DNA from: Escherichia coli
Lineage (GTDB): Bacteria; Pseudomonadota; Gammaproteobacteria; Enterobacterales; Enterobacteriaceae
Strand: one strand, 5' to 3'
Assembly (NCBI RefSeq): GCF_047300905.1
Contig: NZ_CP178552.1
Length of the DNA: 32,000 bases
Shown here: piece by piece, positions 29,201-32,000 of the stretch
Layout of the letters: each line of letters begins with the position of its first letter
Position numbering within the stretch: position 1 is the stretch's first letter
Position numbers and translations under genes: made by a program
Notes under the pieces: generated by a model
Database searches by the model: none
Seen by the model: the letters and a program-made list of their open reading frames with translations, nothing else
What the model was told of the DNA's origin: nothing

Positions 29201-30831
29201 TCGACAGAAAGCGTTGAATCGGCGAGGCTTAATGTGGGTTTTTCCACGACCACCATACTTTCTTCACGCCGGGAGAAATTTCCTTTCGAATCTTCCGCTG
29301 TAACCGCTATCGGGTAAGTGTTGTCGGTTTCAGGCATTGCCGTGAATCGGTAGGGAGGAATAGTGACCTGAATATCCTTGCCGGAAACAGCTACTTTTCC
29401 GCCCGCTGATTGCAGGGAGGCGGCTTCAATGTCATAACCTTTCAGCGCATATTTGGTTTGCAAGGAAGAAACCAGCGATTTAACCTCACCCGGCTTGCCT
29501 TTCAACGGATCGGTCAGCGTCAGCCGCACCAGCTCTTTCTTGCGATATTCGAGGACAATATTGTTATTACGATCGACCAGGTCATAGCGACTGCCCACAA
29601 GGCTGCGTCGTGCTGCAACTTCAGCCGGATCGAGCTGTTTTTGCAGTGAATGGCCGGGTTGCAACGTCAACTCCATACCAATTCGGGTGTCGTTTTCTCC
29701 CTGTTTGCCCTGCCGTTGCTCGGCACTAAAGGAGATCAGGGGAACGGGGGTGTAACTCAAACCTGCGGTAATCGCGTGAGGATCATTTTGTCGCTCGTCT
29801 TTACCAAACAGCGCCACTTCATCGCCATAATATTGTTCATAGACCAGCTTGCCGCCCAGCTGCGGCCAGGCCGGTAACCAGCCTTCGGCGCGAAGATCCC
29901 ACCCGTTCGCCGGACGTGCTTCATAGTCATTGTCGAGTTCCGGTGCACTACGCCAGTTACTGAGGCGCAGATAACCGTTGCCGCTCAGTTTCAGGTAATC
30001 GCGCCAGTATTCAACGCCCATCCCGGTTCGGGTGTGATAGCGGGTCAGGTCATGATCGATAAACATATTGACGCCAGACATCCAGCTCGATGTGAAATAA
30101 CGCCAGCCGATACCGTGGTTGGTTTGAGTGCGATCATCCGTACGGTGAAGTGTGTGCTGGCTGAAGACCAGGTTATCCGGCGTTTCGTACCAGGGATGGA
30201 GAAATTCAAATGACGAGCTTTTAAGGCTGAAATCTTCATCCACACCAAGAGATACCCGGGCAGTTCCCCAACGACTGAGCCAGTCCGTTGCCTGCGCAGA
30301 GGCAGAAGAAGCCACCCAGCCACGCGCCATACTCGCCGCCTGTTCGCTGTCCATATCGCGTGCTAAAAGTGTTCCGCTTTGCTGCGCCACTTCCGCGACC
30401 TGCATTTGCGGATCTTTGCCATCGCGCTCCATCTGCATTGCTTTCAGGTTGCGCGCTTCAGGGCTGTTACTGTTAATGAGGGGCACATCTATTTCATCGC
30501 CCTGACGCACATTGTCAAAGCCCCGCGCAAAGGTACGGAACTGATTCAGGCGACGTAATTCATCAACGGTGATACCAAAGCGTGCCGCGACCGTTGGTGG
30601 CGATTCCAACGCACCCAGGGTATATGGAATAGTTTTAACGTTCGGCAGGATCAGTGACGCGGCAGTATCCGAGTGCGCAGGATTAATATGCGTAGGGGCA
30701 GCAGCCATAACAGGGAATATAGTTTGTGTTATCAGGCAAATACCGGCGGTCAGACGACGTAAACGATCCCCCAATCCACATATGGTGTTATCGCCCCGAC
30801 GATCGCCATTCCCATGCGCTTTCCCTGCCAT
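20284..30831 (-). CDS. air: Giant intimin/invasin-family (inverse autotransporter) Ig-like repeat adhesin, Air
   Basis: 3515 aa; leader, LysM-like YTLGALESPPTVAARFGITVDELRRLNQ.., intimin/invasin beta-barrel, many Big_1-type domains, distinct C-terminus ending GKSSGLCVEYY. Confidence 0.9.
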   Translation of the reverse strand: MAGKAHGNGDRRGDNTICGLGDRLRRLTAGICLITQTIFPVMAAAPTHINPAHSDTAASLILPNVKTIPYTLGALESPPTVAARFGITVDELRRLNQFRTFARGFDNVRQGDEIDVPLINSNSPEARNLKAMQMERDGKDPQMQVAEVAQQSGTLLARDMDSEQAASMARGWVASSASAQATDWLSRWGTARVSLGVDEDFSLKSSSFEFLHPWYETPDNLVFSQHTLHRTDDRTQTNHGIGWRYFTSSWMSGVNMFIDHDLTRYHTRTGMGVEYWRDYLKLSGNGYLRLSNWRSAPELDNDYEARPANGWDLRAEGWLPAWPQLGGKLVYEQYYGDEVALFGKDERQNDPHAITAGLSYTPVPLISFSAEQRQGKQGENDTRIGMELTLQPGHSLQKQLDPAEVAARRSLVGSRYDLVDRNNNIVLEYRKKELVRLTLTDPLKGKPGEVKSLVSSLQTKYALKGYDIEAASLQSAGGKVAVSGKDIQVTIPPYRFTAMPETDNTYPIAVTAEDSKGNFSRREESMVVVEKPTLSLADSTLSVDQQILLADGKSTSTLTYTARDSSGKPIPGMTLKTQVKGLQDFALSEWKDNGNGTYTQIVTAGKTSGALSLMPQFNGDDIAKTPALIAIVANTASRADSTIETDQDNYVAGKPIVVKVTLRDDNGNGVTGRKELLKQTVKVDNTKADAVSAWTEESEGIYKASYTAHLIGDKLTAQLTMPGWQTKHSDAFSIAGDKDTAKIAAMQITANNAVARRDHNTVAVTVRDVHQNLLQGQNVTFTVVNGAAVFADPNGGIVTTDKDGIASVNLASDQAVNSLIKAEINGSSQSVEVSFITGDISQLTSTIKTDDVSYTAGGKIKVSVTLMDEQKNLVKGMASLLAGSSVVEVSGTDKNETGNWSEESDGVYTTTRTAKIAGDRHYATLKLSTWSSAQQSDAYAIRESGAVLAYSSIVTDKTAYTAGGAIKVTVTLKDSYENLVGGQRDAINLAIQLPNTKAESIAWNEDQKGIYTATYTALLPGTGLKAQLQMSGWANALTSNDYSISGDAASAQIVAMQVTTGNPDVLANGSDRHTVNVRVEDQFGNVLPEQTVTFTVTKGAAVFANAGQSADIRTDAHGMAEVDLSSTVADASTVEAKINQSSDSKTVNFIADVSTAQVAELVVTQDGSVADGATANTLRARVTDAFGNALAGQTVSVLAGNGATTAPTVTTQPDGTVEISVTSQTAGTSAVTASINNSSQSRNVTFIADVSTAQIADLVVSQDNAVADGATANTLQVRVTDAFGNALAGQTVSVLADNGATVAPVVTTQPDGTVEISVTSQTAGSSAVTVSINSSSQSRDVTFIADVRTAKIADLVVTRDNSVADGAMANTLRARVTDAFGNALAGQTVSVTAGNGATVAPVVTTQPDGTVEISVTSQTAGVSAVTATINSSTQSQNVTFIADVRTAKIADLVVIKDDSVADGAMANTLRVKVTDAFGNALAGQTVSVLAGNGATTAPTVTTQPDGTVEISVTSQTAGTSAVTASINSSSLSRNVTFVADVRTAKIASLEVTQDNSVADGAMANTLRVKVTDAFGNALNGQTVSVMADNGATVAPTVITEPDGTVEISVTSQTAGTSTVTASINNSSQSRNVTFIADVRTAQIADLVVIKDGSEADGATANTLRARVTDAFGNALAGQTVSVLADNGATTAPTVITEPDGTVEISVTSQTAGISAVTATINNSTASQNVMFIADVRTAKIADLVVIKDDSVADGAMANTLQVKVTDANGNALAGQTVSVLAGNGATTAPTVTTQPDGTVEISVTSQTAGISAVTASINNSSQSRNVTFIADVSTAQIASLEVTQDNAVADGAMANTLLVRVTDAFGNTLAGQTVSVLADTGTTVAPTVITGLDGTVEISVTSQTAGTSAVTASINSSTASRNVTFVADVRTAKIADLVVIKDGSVADGAMANTLRVKITDAFGNTLAGQTVSVLADNGATTAPTVTTQPDGTVEISVTSQTAGISAVTATINNSTASQNVMFIADVRTAKIADLVVTRDNSVADGAMANTLQVKVTDANGNTLAGQTVSVLADNSATTAPTVITEPDGMVEISVTSQTAGTSAVTASINNSSLSQSVKFIADVSTAQIAMLEVTQDNAVADGAMANTLQVKVTDAFGNALSGQTVSVLAGNGATVAPTVITEPDGTAEIPVTSQTAGVSAVTATINNSSQSRNVTFVADVRTAQIADLVVIKDGSEADGATANTLRARVTDAFGNALAGQTVSVLADNGATVAPTVTTQPDGTVEISVTSQTAGISAVTASINSSSQSQNVTFVADVRTAKIADLVVIKDGSEADGSTANTLRVRVTDAFGNALNGQTVSVLAGNGATVAPTVITEPDGTAEIPVTSQTAGVSAVTATINNSSQSRNVTFVADVRTAQIADLVVIKDGSEADGATANTLRARVTDAFGNALAGQTVSVLAGNGATVAPTVITGQDGTVEISVTSQTAGVSAVTATINNSSQSRNVMFIADVRTAQIADLVVIKDDSVADGSTANTLRARVTDAFGNMLAGQTVSVLADNGATTAPTVITEPDGTVELSVTSQTAGTSAVTASINNSSQSRNVTFIADVRTAQIASLVVIKDGSEADGATANTLRARVTDAFGNALAGQTVSVSAGNSATVAPAVITEPDGTVEISVTSQTAGVSAVTATINNSSQSRNVTFIADVRTAQIADLVVTRDNSVADGSTANTLQVKVTDANGNTLAGQTVSVLAGNSATVASTVTTKPDGTVEISVTSQTAGTSTVTASINNSSQSQNVTFVPGDASQLTSTVETNKSNYTVGETITITVTLRDAFDNLVTGAASQLAANGVLAVDGTDPSETGSWVESGGVYTTTRMATIASTNQHANLQLQTWSDGVTSDRYDIQSGSPAQATSTIATDKNAYTAGDTITVAVTLKDAHGNQVEGGESLLSGDNVTVEGAVRSGGWSETAGVYTATWSAQMAGDSHHATLKLSEWGSSKQSESYSIHSGAPVQANSAIRTDKSAYIAGEPLTVTITLRDEFGNPALGLTSEVIESYIDNFAVGGATPDSMRWVEQNNGEYTIVWTAWVAEENLVASLKLKTWAEEIKSSLYGIQPGAAAKNQSTIVTDKTIYIAGDSITVTVVLKDAQGNFITDGVVQLNEENVQVRNADPIQGNNWVYNGNGQYQRQYMAHFAEANLNAQLKMAGWSDANYSNNYTIKPGEVSPLGSQLRIREVLVVEGADLPVSVLLVDDFGNPVDNGLDLLDDTVYLQNVEKKEGEKWRYVGDGIYERTYMAYQEGENLTSFMEIKGWRIYGQPSYTILPFVEVELLSVNGVKFRATDGFPETGFDGAKFTLLLTHNMKNTDYNWTAGIYGINVDSNGEVTLSVLIRSEVTITGKPKNGKGNDVVFKFKIKKWFTSLGATSSNTWDIINTSCSYGQMPSSLELAQRPSGGVVPRKVGTLWGEYGNLKIYGNAFSGTDYWTSTQLMGVHEKFNPETGISELGTGKSSGLCVEYY
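22443..27389 (-). repeat. Array of about 17 in-frame 291-bp (97-aa) Ig-like repeats within air
   Basis: 17 occurrences of (E/Q)PDG.VE(I/L)(S/P)VTSQTAG-type motif; antisense short ORFs recur at exactly 291-bp steps (24771, 25062, 25353, 25644). 17 x 291 = 4947 bp. Confidence 0.9.
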
Positions 30832-31032
30832 TTGTCATCCCTGTCGCTATGCGTTCAGATTAAATGACCTTTCTTTAACATGAGGGAAAATGATGATTCA
30901 TGATTAGCAAATGATGAATACAGGCGGAATAATGGAAATAACAACAAGATAAGAACAATACCTGATCAAGGGTTATCAGGGGGAAGAACAGGAGAGCTTT
31001 CCCGCCAGAGCAATAACCCTCCTGTAAATACG

Positions 31033-32000
31033 TTACTTCATTTTCACCTTTGCGGTGACCAATAACGCCGTCAGCAACATCAATGTGCCGGACAACATCA
31101 ACGGCGAAGTCAGACCAATATTATCCAGCGCATAACCGCCGATTGCCGCGCCACAGGTATTAGCAAGCTGAATAACCGCCACCTGAATAGACCCGGCTTT
31201 TTCTGCCTGATCGGCCAGTGAGCGGGTGATCCACGTTGACCAGCCGACAGGAACCAATGCAAAAGTTAGCCCCCAGATAATCGCCACGCCGGTAGCAACG
31301 ATTTTATCGCTTCCCCACAACGTCAGCACCAACGCACTCACAGCCAGTATTAACGGCGCGCCTGCTAAGGCCAGTTTTACCGAACGTTTAAGAATGAACG
31401 ACGAAAGCGACGTACCAATAAAGCTGGCGATACCAAAACTCAACAGCACCAGCGTTAAGCCATCCACGCCGAATCCCGCCAGGTTCATATACACCGGGCG
31501 AATATACGTGAAGAAAGCAAACTGCCCGGCGAAAGACATGAAGATGGCGATCATCCCTGCCATCACACCCGGACGTTGTAATAAGCGGAAAGTATTTTGT
31601 TTCTGATGCGAGGGTTCGCCTGGCAGCGAAGGCAATGATTTGATAATCCAGAAAATACACAGCACGCCCATCACCGCCGCCGCATTAAAGACATTGCGCC
31701 AACCGATAAGCTCGCCTAAAAAACTGCCCAACGGTGCGGCAATCACCAGCGCAATAGAAACCGCGCCGAAGATCACCGACAGCGCCTTCGGCACCGTACG
31801 CGGCGGTACCAGACGCATGGTCAGCGACGCCGACATCGCCCAGAACCCACCCAGCGCCAGCCCCAGACAGGCACGACCGATTAAAAGCAAACTGAATGAG
31901 TTAGCAAAGGAAACCAGCAAGCAGGAGAGCGTCAGCAAAACGGCAAACAAAATAACAACATAGCGGCGGTCAGTGGCCTGAATGGTCTGGGTAATAAACA
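31033..32000 (-). CDS. nepI: MFS purine ribonucleoside efflux pump NepI (YicM), N-terminus cut by the window edge
   Basis: Frame stays open to 32000 (..[26 protein letters not shown]...); MFS protein following the expected nlpA-yicS-nepI order. Confidence 0.88.
   Translation of the reverse strand, partial: FITQTIQATDRRYVVILFAVLLTLSCLLVSFANSFSLLLIGRACLGLALGGFWAMSASLTMRLVPPRTVPKALSVIFGAVSIALVIAAPLGSFLGELIGWRNVFNAAAVMGVLCIFWIIKSLPSLPGEPSHQKQNTFRLLQRPGVMAGMIAIFMSFAGQFAFFTYIRPVYMNLAGFGVDGLTLVLLSFGIASFIGTSLSSFILKRSVKLALAGAPLILAVSALVLTLWGSDKIVATGVAIIWGLTFALVPVGWSTWITRSLADQAEKAGSIQVAVIQLANTCGAAIGGYALDNIGLTSPLMLSGTLMLLTALLVTAKVKMK

Larger units (their letters stand above)
12960..31000. mobile_element. 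Accessory island (eip/eilA/air locus) between yicS and nepI; boundaries approximate
   Basis: yicS and nepI are neighbours in E. coli K-12. The inserted block carries an AT-rich T3SS translocon operon, a regulator and a giant adhesin; no integrase or tRNA is visible. Confidence 0.8.

Overview
This is an E. coli-type chromosomal region with two accessory blocks. (1) Positions 1-8765 are the right part of a P4-like satellite prophage: partial sid, vis, the CI immunity RNA region, kil, eta, orf151, cnr, the 777-aa alpha replication protein and the crr. Its right attachment site is a 21-bp copy of the 3' end of selC (tRNA-Sec) at 8745-8765. A 2.64-kb IS21-family element (972-3610, putative 7-bp target duplication ACTGTTC) splits the alpha-iteron cluster between sid and vis, which is probably ori1. 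(2) The conserved genes setC, yicL, nlpA and yicS are followed by an island inserted before nepI (yicM). It matches the eicA-eipB-eipC-eipD / eilA / air locus known from enteroaggregative E. coli: a SicA-like chaperone, SipB/SipC/SipD-like T3SS translocator proteins, a HilA-like regulator, and a giant 3515-aa inverse-autotransporter adhesin with about 17 near-identical 97-aa Ig-like repeats. I found no convincing wholly new system. The less expected details are the IS insertion in the satellite origin, a frame-split small ORF at an A7 tract between eicA and eipB, higher-order (582-bp) duplication inside air, 10-bp tandem repeats upstream of vis, a rhuM-family relic at the selC junction, and a T3SS translocon cassette with no secretion apparatus nearby. 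No database search was run; family names come from recalled sequence and synteny.
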